A stretch of 64,000 nucleotides of DNA from Callorhinchus milii (lineage: Eukaryota). Within the stretch, counting starts at the first letter, position 1. Each line of letters starts with the position of its first letter. A model generated the notes under the pieces. It searched no databases. It was given only the letters and a program-made list of their open reading frames with translations, and had not been told where the DNA came from. This document shows positions 1-12,512 of this stretch, piece by piece. The stretch is taken from contig NW_024704742.1 in NCBI RefSeq assembly GCF_018977255.1, positions 89,716,001-89,780,000 on the forward strand, given 5' to 3'. Both the position numbers and the translations under genes were made by a program.

Positions 1-1045
1 AAATCTAGGAGAAAGGACATTCTTGAACACAAACAGAGAAGTATCTCAAGCGAGAACCTGGGTCCGCTGAGTACACCAAAAACTCTATATAAAAATGTAT
101 CTATCACAACAGGATCAATGCCGTACCAAATGCAAATAAACTTAAAACATTTAAAACATTATCTGATTCTATTTTTCAGAAGACAACAAACAAAAGTAGA
201 GGAAAACTGAAATGCAGGGCAGCTAAACTCTCCCATGAGTTTAAGTGTCTAATAGCCCTCTCAGGAGAAGGTCATTCCGTCGTCCCACCCAAAGGTCAGC
301 ATCAATCACTTCTGCCAATGTCTATGATATCATGGTGCCTACTGCCAAACATTAATAATGCTGAGATTTAGGTACAAAGCCTATTGCATAAAGTACCACT
401 GACTTGTGTTCCTAAATGTATGTTTAAAGGTTACAGTACAAGTCAAAAAGCACATTGGGATTACAAATGCGGTACTTACAAAACATAAATTATGATTATA
501 ACCAGCTTTAGTTTTGACCAGTTATTCAGTGAAGGGCCGAAAAGTCGAAACACTGTTTCTAAATCAAAACGGGTTTCAAACCAAAGCACAAGTCGCAAAA
601 TGCCCTTTGAAGGCTTTCAGGAACAGGATGTTTCCCCAGTCTGTCTTTTCATGAATTTGCTGGTGAGTCACTCAATTTCAGTCACAAACCTAAAACACAA
701 TTGGCTCAGCAATTTCTCATTGGCAAGCAACACCCATTAAACACCCTTTTCTTTTTTGCTGGATAATCATTAGGTTTGGAAAGATCATGTTATCAGTGGC
801 TAATTCGAGACCCATGTAGTTGTATATTTCTATTTATGCAGGATGAAACATGAAACTGCTGGCCACAAAGATTCAAATGTAAAGCACATTGGAATGATAA
901 CCTTGGTAAGCAAATACTGAACATAATGTACCTGAGCACATATGTTCTGTAACATGTACATTCCTCACTGGCTCTCAATGCTGTTTCCCTCTCATTCAGT
1001 TAAATTTAATGGCATTTGAAAAATGGTGCCCTGCAAATAACTTAC

Positions 1046-1079
1046 CATCCATCTTTCAATGATGCAACAAAGAGAATAA
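1046..1079 (-). other. Candidate 34-nt micro-exon
   Basis: Acceptor ttttatgttttcAG| and donor ATG|GTAAGT. Phase 0 reads LFSLLHH*; the other frames are open (YSLCCIIERWM, ILFVASLKDG). Confidence 0.3.
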
Positions 1080-1349
1080 CTGAAAACATAAAAGTGTGTT
1101 TTATTAAAATAATTGACTTATGTGAAATTACTTCTATGGCTTCACTGCATCTCACCAGTCTTTGTGAGTCAGTACAGTAAAGTGTGCCATGTTTATTTAG
1201 AACCATTGGCCGAAGTTTGGAAAACAAAACTCTCAGCAAACATTCCCATATTATCGATTCCTACAGTATTTGACGTCAGAACAAAGGATAACAGGGCCAT
1301 TCAGCCCATTGATCCTGTTCCAACAGGTACAAAACATAATCAACAAGTA

Positions 1350-1972
1350 ATAGTGTAGGCTAATGTGATGTTGGTCTTTATCTCAAGTGGAGCTGGAATA
1401 CAATGGTGAGGAAATGATGCTTCTGTTGTACAGAGCATTGTACTGCATCTGGAGTACTGCATTCAATTTTGAGCACCACACCTCAGGAAAGACATGTTGG
1501 CTCTGGAGGAGGTGCAGAACAGATTCACCAGAATGATACCAGGGCTAAAAGAGTGAAAATATCAGAACAGGTACCATAAATTTGGATTGTATTCCCTTGA
1601 GTTGAGAAGGTTGAGGTCTGATCCAATTAAGGTATTTAAAATAATAAAGGGATTTGATAGGGTAGAAATAGAGAAGCGATTTCCTCTGGTGGGAGAATCC
1701 AGAATAAAGGGACATAACCTTAAAATTAGAGCTTAGTCATTTAGGAGTGAAATCAGGAAGCAGTTTTCACTCAAAGGTTGTGGAAATCTGGAATTCTCTC
1801 TCCCAAAAGGCTGTGGATACTCGATCCATTCAAATCTTCAAGACTGAGGATAAGGGTATCAAGGGATATGGAGCAATGATGGGTAAATAGAGTTGAAGTA
1901 CAGATCAACCATGATCTAATAGAATGGCAGAACAGGCTCAAGGGGCTGAATGTCCTACTCCTGTTCCTATAG
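1350..1972 (+). mobile_element. CR1 LINE 3' fragment (degenerate)
   Basis: Decayed ORF2 C-terminus (LEYCIQF, RFTRMIPG, RIKGHNLKI). Tail ...ggctgaatgtcctactcctgttcctat. Homologous to 40565-41180. Confidence 0.9.
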
Positions 1973-2588
1973 CAGTTTTCCAGATTTTGTCCGATCCTTT
2001 CATCCCAATGCCTGTCCTTTCACCATAACCTGTAATCCCTCTACCTCCCACCACCTGTCTGTCTTTCTTTTAAATACCCTGTTGATACTTTTGGGGGCAG
2101 AGCGTTTCACATGTTCACAACAATCAGGTATTTCTTCTGTATTGAGCGCATTGTAAAAATGACTGCAATCTCACACCATTTGGTCCACAAATGGATATAA
2201 CAGGCATGATGGGGTGTCCACAAACACTCTGACTGTGTATGTATTGTACAGAATGCCTGACTTGCATTGTAAACAAATAAATCTCACGTCAGGATCTGAA
2301 TTTACTGCACCGCATGATCTGCAGTCCAGTAATGTTCCCTAGGTTTCAGTGTGATAAATATGCAACTCCCAATGTTCACGCATAGCAGGCCTCATAAGGC
2401 ATACTAGGAGAGCACCGTCTGTCCAATAACTTTGTGTTCCTATGACAACAATTAGCTGCTGCTTTGGAACACTATAAGAACCTCGAGAAAAAAAAGAAAG
2501 TCCAATATTTTCTGTTCAAAATGAAAATGAATTGCCTTTGAATTTTCAGCTGATTTAACGGCATTTACACTGCACCAAAGTGCATTAT

Positions 2589-2700
2589 GCATGCTGGGAC
2601 TTGCAGTGTCATTACCGGTTTATAGTCTAACTACAAGTCCAAACGGAGTCCTTAACCAGTGAGAGGGATGGTGACAATAATTTGCTGTTGCTATGGTGAC
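2589..2700. promoter_or_regulatory. Putative cis-regulatory cluster: ZNF143/SBS-like motifs plus RFX X-box
   Basis: gcatgctgggacttgcagt at 2589-2607 (17/19 to ACTACAATTCCCAGCATGC on the minus strand), actacaagtcc at 2630-2640, gttgctatggtgac at 2687-2700. Confidence 0.35.
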
Positions 2701-3322
2701 AGTAAGATGGTACCTACCTCACACCAGGCTATCAGAGCAGTGTGTCTAGAGCTTTACTTGGGAGTTGCCGAAAAGCAGCCCACTAAAATTTGCATTTCTA
2801 ATACATTTTAATGACTCAAAACGCAAAAGGGCCATTAGACTGACGGGCTCTCTCTACTCTAGCCAAAGCTCAGGGTGCTGAAAGACTTTGTTAATAACCG
2901 ACACACTTACAATTGATCAAATACCTTGCTAATGGTAGCAAACCAAAAGGTAATTTCAACAAACAGTTAAAATGTTTAAATGATCATTGTCCCTTTAAGT
3001 TCAAACAAACCCAAGCTGTGCCGTTAGCAAATGCAGGTAAGACAACACATTCTGATTATCTGCCCGTACAGCATATCCAGTTGACAATTCAGGAGGATTA
3101 GTAACAAAAATAAATCATACATATAACGGAGACTAACATGATAAGCCCTGATATTTTGACATAGATTTGATGTTAGAAAGCATTAAAATAACAGCTCTGA
3201 AACTCCAACAAAAAATGAGAAATGTGGTTGTGACAGGCTCCATGTTACTTACACAAGATGAAATATTGGACCAACTAAAGCACATGATTGAAAAAGCAGT
3301 AGAGCAGAGATATTATACTCAC

Positions 3323-3409
3323 TTTCCTTCTATATTTGTCCTTTAAGCTGTCCCACCCAGACTCTGGGAAGCTGGCAAGGTCAACCTGTTTCACTTCACC
3401 AAGCAGCTC
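3323..3409 (-). CDS. Internal coding exon (87 nt, phase 0/0) of an unidentified large-intron gene; ELLGEVKQVDLASFPESGWDSLKDKYRRK
   Basis: Minus-strand acceptor ggttctgcttacAG| and donor |GTGAGTA. Length is divisible by 3 and only one frame is open (the other two hit TGA). Lies in non-repetitive sequence. Confidence 0.7.
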
Positions 3410-5874
3410 CTGTAAGCAGAACCACCAAAGTCATTCAACCATTGTAAACATGAATCCCAGACAAAGCACCGTGCCCGATGAGGAACCATGCGTAGGGATT
3501 GAGCTATTGGGATCATCCATCCAGCACCACAGCAAAATGCTTACAATTTCAATCTGCTTTAAGCAAGGGTTGAAAATTGACAAAATAAACCCCCAAAAGT
3601 TATACAGAAAAAGGAGTATTGTGTTAACGGGAAACACCCACTGTGCAATGCTTGGACTAACATCTCCCACTGGCCTATTGAAAACCAAATGTACACATTC
3701 AATGACAAGAGTTAATTGCTGATAACCAGTCACGGATTATCAGCCAAACATGCAAGAATATCATTAATCCTTCAATAAGGGGGCATCATCACCCAGACTG
3801 CATTGACACACATTGATGTTTGCAATGGTAGCCACCAATGACAAAAAAAAGCAACATATAAATCAAACTAATTCTGCTAACTTGTAGATATTTTGTGTTT
3901 CATTAAAAACAATGGTTCCCTGCAAATACTCATCTTGAAGAACAATAATTGGTTTAAACTGCTCAAGCTTTGCTTATGCGGTCATTCCTATCTTCTGATC
4001 CCTTCAGTGAATAAGGTGTTGTATCAAATGAAAGAATTATTTATCTCAGGAGGAAAGTGAAGAAAATGCAGGCAACTTCAGTGCTATATTTTATTTATCC
4101 TTCTTTTTTAGCCAATCACTATGTCAAAGTACTTTTCAGGACTTACTATAATATCTAATGCAGTAGTGTAGTGTAATGTAATTTGCAGCGCCCCAAGATG
4201 CTATCCTGCATGAAAGGTGCTATATAAATTTTAGTAACTGTGTATCTTGTAGGCGATTTATATTCCAAAGGAGGCTGGGGTGATGGGGAATGCCTATCAA
4301 TTCCAACAACACTTCTAAAAGAACCCTCCTACACAAAAAAAATACACTCATGGAATCAGCTAGTGAGGGACACACTTCAGTGGGGTAAACCTCCTGTCTG
4401 ATAGGTGGTGTACAACTGACTCACTGTGACAAACCCGTCCTGCATATGGTTGGCCAGTTGGAGTCCCAGCCACTGCTGAGATTTGAACCACTGAACATAA
4501 GATTGTGACAGCAGCCTGCCGATCCTTATGCTAAAAATTACATTATTTAAAGCTAAACTAAACTGAGCATACTCTCAGCAACATTAAAATGCCAGTTCCC
4601 AAAATAGCCACCAAACTTAAATGTCATTTCTTAGCAAACGTTTAAAGTCCTGGTTTAAAGTCCTAGTAGTCCAACCATGTGTTGTGGAAATCGATCATTT
4701 GCAAGATTATGAAAGTAATGCATTTCATGACCTTTTTGATTCATGCCTATAATCTTTTATTTCAATCATAATGTAAAATGTGTCCCTTTCGCATCTTAAT
4801 AAATCCTTGCATTTGATATAGGCCTCATCACGTCATTGAGAAGTCTCAAAGTGCTTCAAAGCACAGTATGTGTTTATGATTGTATGTAGTTTGTGGGCAA
4901 ACGAGTTTGTGACAAAACTGTGCAGTGGAAGAGGTGGTGCGATCAGGCACCAGCACCTGCTTCTTGTATTGTTTTCCCTCCTTTCCTTTGAAGAAGAAGG
5001 ATGGCGTCTTGCTGTACAGAGTGTTTAAGATAAAGGTTGTTTAACGTAAACTAATTAAAATGAGGAACACGCGAGTGACAAAGGATCAAGCACAGAAATG
5101 TCATAAAATGCATCCAGCCTCTAAATATTCTTCCCACATTTCCTTGGGGGCAACGTGTCCTTCTATAACTCTCAGTTTTTATCTTCTGGTAAAACTTGAA
5201 AAGCAGCACTTAAACAAAATCCTGCATTCCTTTAGTGTTCAATATTTTTAGGCAGCAAACCACTTACAAATTCAACAAAAAAAATCACACAGCTGGATTG
5301 CAGCCAGTTCCCTCCAGCAAACTTAGATCTATTTCACTGTTTTGCTCATTCTTGTCATTTGCATTTCATCTGTTGTAGTTAAAGAAATCTGAAAAGTGCA
5401 CATTTACCAGTCACTCTAACCAGCAACGTATCAACCCAATGAAAGCAAAGTGACCAGTTTCTCTAAAAACTAACAAACCTTGGTGGCAGTACCAAACATT
5501 TGTAGCCATTAAAATAAATCTGGGCAGCTCAGCTGTGTAGCAGATGGTGGCATGCTTTGTATTGTCACAATATTAATGACATGATCACTCACTGCAATAC
5601 TGTCGGATTGAGAAATAGAAAAATATGGGTTGCATTAAAACAGCACCATCTGCTGCCACTTTTGGTGTCCTACAGCAATTAGCAGGTGTGAGTGAGATCT
5701 CATACGTGAAGCAAAGGAAAATAATAATGATAATTCTTACATTTGATTTAGCGCCTTTGTCATCAGGAGGACATTCCAAGGAGCTTCACAGAATATACTG
5801 TAAAGTGCAGTGACTGTGTATTTTGTGGGCAAACGTGGCAGACAATTTGCACAAAGCAATGTCCCACTAACAGT

Positions 5875-6224
5875 CATAATAATAATAATAATCCTTGCAT
5901 TTGATATACCACCTTATCACGTCTTCGAGACGTCTCAAAACACTTCACAAAATATACTGTAAAGTAAAGTGACTGTATATTGTGTGGGCGAAATGCAGCA
6001 GCCAATTGCGCACAGCAGTGTCCTACAACCAGTTGTGGATTGAGGGACCAATTTTTTTAAAAGGGATTATTACCTCTGGAAAAGCAATCTGCCAATCAAC
6101 TAACAAACGGGTTCCTATTTACTGCTAGGTAAATACTTGTCCAATGTTTTGCCCTGCTGGGAATCAAACCCAGATCCTCTCGCTTGTGAGGTGAGTGCCT
6201 CCACCAAGCTACAGGATTCCACAT
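5875..6224 (-). mobile_element. tRNA-derived SINE
   Basis: (AAT)n tail at 5875; head ...gctacaggattccac at ~6220. Confidence 0.85.
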
Positions 6225-6774
6225 GGAGTGAATAACCAAATTTATAAAATGGATGAGCAAAACTGATATTTTCCATCCCAAAAGCCCTTGGTCCCTGGTT
6301 TGTATCTCTGCTGCTCATTTTTTGTTATTGTTCTTTATCATTTGGAGCAGGTAATGCTTGCTGCAATGTAAGGAATTATATTCAATAGAAAACAAATAGA
6401 AAATGCTTCTTTCAATAGGCTTTCTGGTTCCCAATATTCTCAGCAAAATATGCAAAGCTGTGATTTTTAAACCGCTGATGCTTTTCAAGATAGAAATCAG
6501 TCAATAATCTCAGAAAGAGCTGCACATTCTTACCTTGATGCTAGTGTGCAGTCATACTGCAGCTAAAAAAGCCTTACACTGCTATTACAGTATCCTGTTT
6601 GGAGGTGACTTTGGAAATGCTCCAGCAACGCGTTCAATAGCATCGCAAAACCATTTAACAAAGGGCAACACCACAACTTAATGTGTGGTGTAAGAGGTGT
6701 GAAAGAGACCAAGCATTGCAAATCAAGCCAAACATTTGTCGCAAACGGGTAAATGTACCTGTTATCCATCTAAT

Positions 6775-7370
6775 AAATGCTCAGGCCTGTCCTTGTCAGA
6801 TGACCAACTGCTGACTATCGCCCGGGGGAGGGAGGGAGAGAGGGAGGGGGAAGAGCTGGCTTCAAGGTACTGTGCTTTGCAACGGAATGTCAGAAATAAG
6901 TTGACCTTCTGTAGAGGACTCGACAGTCCGATTTCTGCGATTTCAGCTCTGCGGTATTTCAAGGCACTGTTCTTCAGCAGAACTTGAACACGCAGATCAG
7001 TCACTGAGGCAGGGACTCTTCCCCTCAGCTCCTGTTAACCGTGTAAGCCAAAGCCTAACATGTAGGGTGGTCTTAGCTGAAGAAGCAGTGGGAACGCTTG
7101 CCAGACAGTGATATCAATGGCAAGCTATGCAATTGAACTCCAGCAGATTCCCCATGCACACCCTGGGGTCCCCAACCCTTGTCTCTTGCCAACCTGCACC
7201 TAATACCCTCTGGAATTATGTAAGCAAGAGGCATCCCTCCAGTGAGAAAGTGTGTTTATTTCATTCCGGACATGGAAATTTTCATGTGTGGGTAGCATAC
7301 ATATGTGAAACTGTCAGTCTGGTTTGAATACATTTCTGCATGGTTGATGGGTTTCCACATGTAAATTAGC
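6775..7370 (+). mobile_element. Older copy of the same unclassified retroposon
   Basis: cttgccagacagtgatatcaatggcaagctat is the reverse complement of ~30848-30879; colinear on both sides. Confidence 0.7.
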
Positions 7371-8732
7371 CTATCCTCAATGATAAGGTGACCAGGTTTG
7401 CTACTATTGATCCCTATATGGCAGTCTCACTAATGCTATAGCACCACTCCACGCATTGCAATAGTAGTCCATTGGTACCTCAGAGAAAGAGGAGCTTCTC
7501 CTGCTATTCTTGCCAGATAAAATTGGTCATTCATTCCATGCTTGCGGGACACTGCTGTAGGCAAATTGGTAGACATATTATCCTACAAAATACAAAATAC
7601 AACTTTGTACAGTTCAGTGGCACAGCAGACAGTGTACTTATTCAAAGAATCATTAGCGGGAATGCTTAAAAGCAGCATGACGGTATTAAAAGCAGGAATG
7701 CAAATTACGCTGATGGCATCTTGATTATTTTTGTTGGTCAGAAAAATAATTAAAAATCTCCCGACTTTATTTATATCTCTACATTTTATGCACATCTTGT
7801 GTGTGAAAGGCGCTATATAAAAGTAAGGTATTTCACATGTTTTATTCAATTTTGCATTATTTTAACAAGGAGTCATACTGAAAAACTACAGTCTTGCAGT
7901 GAACATGTGTATCTTAGATTCATGAAGATTTTAAATGTTAATCTGGTGGGAACTCTTTGATTACGGTACTTGACCGAGCCACAGTGTGAGGCCAAATTCC
8001 ACAGCCAACATATTTTTCATCTACGTGATTAGAAGCTTAGATCCAGTCCCCATTCCTTAAATAAAGACAATTTAAATGCACCAACATCTCCAGAAGTAGC
8101 CTGACAATCGGACTGCATCTAACAGACAATAAACATTGCAGTTTGCCACCAAATTAGCAATTCAAAATAGACCTGCCACTGCCCGCACAAACCTACAGAA
8201 TGTAATTACGGAAAACAAAGAACAGGCTTCCTCTAGAAAAAAAAGTACATAAGCATACTAAAAATGACTAAGTACGGTTCCATAAAAATTGTAGCCATTC
8301 CGATAATTGAAACTGCAGTCTCACGAGCTGCTTAAAGATCTTTCTGCAACTATCTGATATTCTGGATGGTTCAATAGAGAGTTAGCTTCACATGAGTTAG
8401 AATATCAGCACAATAGTGTGCAATACTATACAAATACACCAATCACCACAGTATGTTACAGTATAAATCCTACACAGCGCTTTGAGACTTTTTTACAATG
8501 TGATAAGACACTATACTGAATGCAAATTTTATTATTATTACAGAGCAATAATGTCTTCAACTAAACCTGGAAAGGAAACAGTAGGTTTGGGAAACATTTG
8601 CAATATTCCCAACATTACACAGCATTTTTTAACTCCTCACTAGTTAGTGAGACTGGATAATCTAAAGAGGAAGGAGAGTGATGGAATTAAAGATTTAGAT
8701 AAACATATAGAGATATAAAATGTGAAATGCAA

Positions 8733-9138
8733 CTGGCCTAGTGGTAGCATTCTCACTTCTGAGTCGGAAGGTTTTTCAAGCCCCACATCGGGACTTGGAA
8801 TCGCATAGTCTAAGATGATACTCAGATGCAGTGCTGGGAGGTGTTGTATTGTCAGAGGTGCTGTCCTTCAGATGAAGTGCTTTCTGCCTGTTCAGGTGGA
8901 CGTTAAAGATCCCATGGAATTATTTGAAAAAAAGAAAGCAGTTTCTCCCTGGTGTCGTGGCCAACAATCCCTCAAATAAAATTGGTCACTCACTAAATGG
9001 CTGTTTATGGAACATTACTGTGGTCCCACAAAATACACAGTCAATCCACTTTACAGGATCTCCTGTGAAGTCATTGAGATGCTTGATGAAGTGATAAGGT
9101 GCTATATCAAATCCAAGGATTATTATTATTTTATTATT
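8733..9138 (+). mobile_element. DeuSINE (SacSINE1-like) older subfamily
   Basis: tRNA-like head (agtggtagcattctcacttctgagtcggaagg) plus the Deu-domain hallmark caggtggacgttaaagatcccatgg...ggtgtcgtggccaac, then an L2 tail. Confidence 0.8.
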
Positions 9139-9744
9139 AGAGGGATAAAATTCACTCAGTTTCAAAGTGACATTATAATAATAATGATCCTTAGTTTGAA
9201 TTGTGCCTTTCACATCAGGAGGAACAAGCAAAATAAAAACAAAGATTTTATATTTTCATGGTTCTACCAACTCTTTTTCTCCTTCGAGATTAACTTGATC
9301 ATTCACCTCATCATTGGTTTTCTGCCCTTGGTGCAGGCATGGCAAATATGCTGACTTGATGAATAGAATTCATTTTACATTCTTCTGTACCAGATTTGAA
9401 CTAACCTTCATTATAAAGACCTAGTGTAATAAAGCATAGAGCGCTTTTACATTAAAAAGCTTACATATTTTTATCTGCAAGCCCTGCTCCTCTAAGCAGC
9501 CATTTCAGGAGATTAAAATGTAAGCTTTATTAATGAATATTTCCTTACTAATCTATACCTTTCTTCCATCGTAAAGAGTAAAAGGATTGTCCACAGCAGA
9601 GGGAACAAGGAATCATTCAAGAAACAAAATAGTTGTGGGCTATTCCCAAGTACTTGTCTTTATTCATTGCCAAGTGGTAGCAAATGAAGTGCATTTGTGT
9701 GTGAAGTATATCTATTTTAACATCTATAAAATGTTATAGTTGTT

Positions 9745-11090
9745 ATAACTTGCTACCAGTAAGTTTGATGTCCACTGTGGGTAAAATTATGGAGATTCTT
9801 ATTAAGGATAAAATCATGGAGCATCTGGATAGAAATAAAATCATCAATAATAGCCAATATGGGTTCATGAAGAGGAGGTATTGCCAATCTAATTTACTGT
9901 TTTTCTTTGATGGTGTGACAAGGGAGCTTGATAAGGGTAAGGCCATAGATGTTGTATATCTGGATTTCAGTAAGGCCTGTGATACAGTTCCTCCTCAGAG
10001 GCTGGGACTGAAAGTAAGGAAAGTGGGAATCAGTGGATACACAATTGGTTGACCGGAAGAGCCCAGAGCATGGTGGTACAGGGAATATCATGTTACCAAT
10101 GGAGTTCCACAACGGTCTGTTTTGTGACCTCTTTTGTTTAATATTTTTATAAATGATCTGGAAATAGGAGTCGCAAGCACAGTGGCTAAGTCTACAGATG
10201 ACACCAAGCTAATGGAGGTGGTAGATTGTGAAGCTGAACAATAGGTTACAGGAGGATTTGAACATGCTTGGGAATTCGGCAAATCGGTGGCAGATGAAAT
10301 TCAATGTGGAGAAATGTAAAGTACTTCACATGGGGACAAAAAATCCTGGAAGGGACTAATATTTGAACGGAAGGAAAATAATATGTATGGAAAATGAAAA
10401 GACCTGCGGGTCCTGATTGACAATAAATTGAAGCTCTCCCAACAATGCTCTGTGGCAGCGAGTAAAGCAAACGAGATGTTGGGATATATCAAAAGATCAA
10501 TAGCAAGCCAAAATAGTGGGGTAATCCTGCCACTGGATAGATCATTGGTGAGATAATATTTAGAGTATTGTGCACAGTTCTGGTCACCCCAGTACAAAAA
10601 GGATATTGAAGAAATCGAGAAGATACTGAGGAGGGCAACCAAAATAATTGAGGGAATGGAAGGACTGGACTATGAAGAGCGACTAAATAAATTAGACATG
10701 TTCATGCCGGAAAAGAAAAGATTGAGAGGCGACATGATTCGAGACAATATAGATCATGAACAGGCTGTTTCAACTTGTCCAGAATAGTAAAACCAGTGGA
10801 CACAGCCTGTGATTGAAGTGGGATAAATTCTGAATGAATCTAAGCAAACACTATTTTAGTGAGCGGAGAGTGAACCTGTGGAACAGACTACCGAGGAAGA
10901 TGGTTGAAGCAGGAAGTGTTGATTCTTTCAAACACAGATTAGATAGTTTTCTTTTAGGAAATAACATTATGGGATATACTAGATAGGTAGTTTGGGACTT
11001 ATGTGCATGCGACCACCAGGAAGGTGGAAGGTGAACTAGATGGATGGACATTGGTCGTTTTCGTCAAGCATTTCTTATGTTATGTTCTTA
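9745..11090 (+). mobile_element. CR1 LINE, 5'-truncated RT region to 3' end
   Basis: ORF 9750-10052 (PVSLMSTVGKIME...SQYGFMK...DVVYLDFSKA), then GVPQ, FNIFINDL and DDTKL motifs with stops and frameshifts. Confidence 0.92.
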
Positions 11091-11632
11091 TAGTTCTTAA
11101 ATAAGTGTATTATTCAATGTGCACTAGTCCATAGATGAGAGAGTCGTTTTAACTTGCTCAGCTAATAAGCTCCATACAAAAATGGACTTGAGTAACTTTG
11201 AAAGAAAACATTAGAAGGAACAGAATGTACTCACTGATACATCTTGAGAAAATTGCAGTGACAGCTGATCTTTAAGTTTGACCTGCCTTGACTTTTACTT
11301 TAATGATATTTACTGTGTCAAATTTCAATGTACCTTACATTGCATTCAATACTAATTGTGGCAGACTGGCAGTCAATCAAGATACCAAATAGCTGGTTGA
11401 ATTCTTTATAAAGGAATTAAATCGTGTTTAGATTTGGCATCACTGAACGCTGTGGATGGATAAAAAGATCTACTGCTAAGGTCACTTCCAACCTGCACCA
11501 CCAAACAAATTGTCAGACAGCATTCAATGCTTGTTAAAAACAAAACAGATCAGCACAGAGAGAAGTCAAGAGAAGATACAAAATATGAAGAAAGGGCAGG
11601 GATTGAAAGATTTGCTATACAAATACAATATT

Positions 11633-11897
11633 TGGAGTCCTGTAGCTCAGGGCGAAACCTTGGGCAAGTTTCCTTACTCCACACGCCTAATAATAATCCC
11701 TCCAAAAAAAATTAAACAATAATAAATTGGTCATTTTCAATCCACGACTGTTTGTGGGTCACTGCTGTGCGCAAGTGGCTGCCGCGTTTTGCCCACAAAT
11801 ATACAGTCAATTCACTTTACAGTATATTCTGTGAAGCGCTTTGAGATGTCTAGAAGACGTGAAAAGCACTATATCAAATGCAAGGATTATTATTAAT
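11633..11897 (+). mobile_element. tRNA-derived SINE with most of the head deleted
   Basis: ggagtcctgtagctcag is joined directly to ggcgaaaccttggg; core and tail are intact. Confidence 0.88.
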
Positions 11898-12049
11898 ACA
11901 ATACAAAATTACATTTGTATAGCGCCTTTCACGTCAGGAGTACGTCCCAAGGTGCTGGATAATCAGGGATTTGGTAGAATGGTAGAATAGTGAAATTGAC
12001 TTGATGGGATTGAATGGCTTCAATTCTATTCCTATGCTACTAAGCTTTA

Positions 12050-12512
12050 GGCCATGCCTCCAGCTCCCTCCCTCCAACTTTCAAAGTATGGTTCAAAACG
12101 TACACCTTTGACTGTGCTTTCGGTCATCTTTCCCCTCCCCACCCCCCACAGTTTCCACCCGCAGCTCAAGTGCCCATCCAACATTTTTAAGCATTTTGAG
12201 ACGTCCTCCTGACATGAAAGACAATGTCTCACCCCTCAGACAGCCAAAATACTCATCCACGCCTTCAGCATTTCTGCCCCCATCCTATATAACTTCATCC
12301 CACATTCCCTTCACCTCGTTCCCTCCCTTGTCTCAAAACCCTCCTCTTTGACTGAGCTTTTGGCCACCCTCCCACACAACCTGCTGTCTACCCTCCCCAA
12401 CCCCAACCCCGACCCGCAGCTTGGGTCCAAATCTCTGACTGTCCAGTGCCTTGGGACGTCCCCCTGATGTGAAAGGCAAAGTACAAATGTAATTTCGTAT
12501 TGTATTATATTG
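12050..12512 (+). mobile_element. Two tandem L2 3' end fragments
   Basis: Two successive L2 3' ends, terminating in gacgtcctcctgacatgaaag and cttgggacgtcccctgatgtgaaaggc. Confidence 0.8.

Noticed and set aside
525..560. Hammerhead-like word cagtgaagggccgaaaagtcgaaac
   Set aside because: The CUGANGA core is broken, stem II is weak and I found no helix I/III pairing.
9255..9320. C/D box snoRNA (ATGATGA on the minus strand in both copies)
   Set aside because: Neither copy has a CTGA D box or terminal stem at the expected distance.
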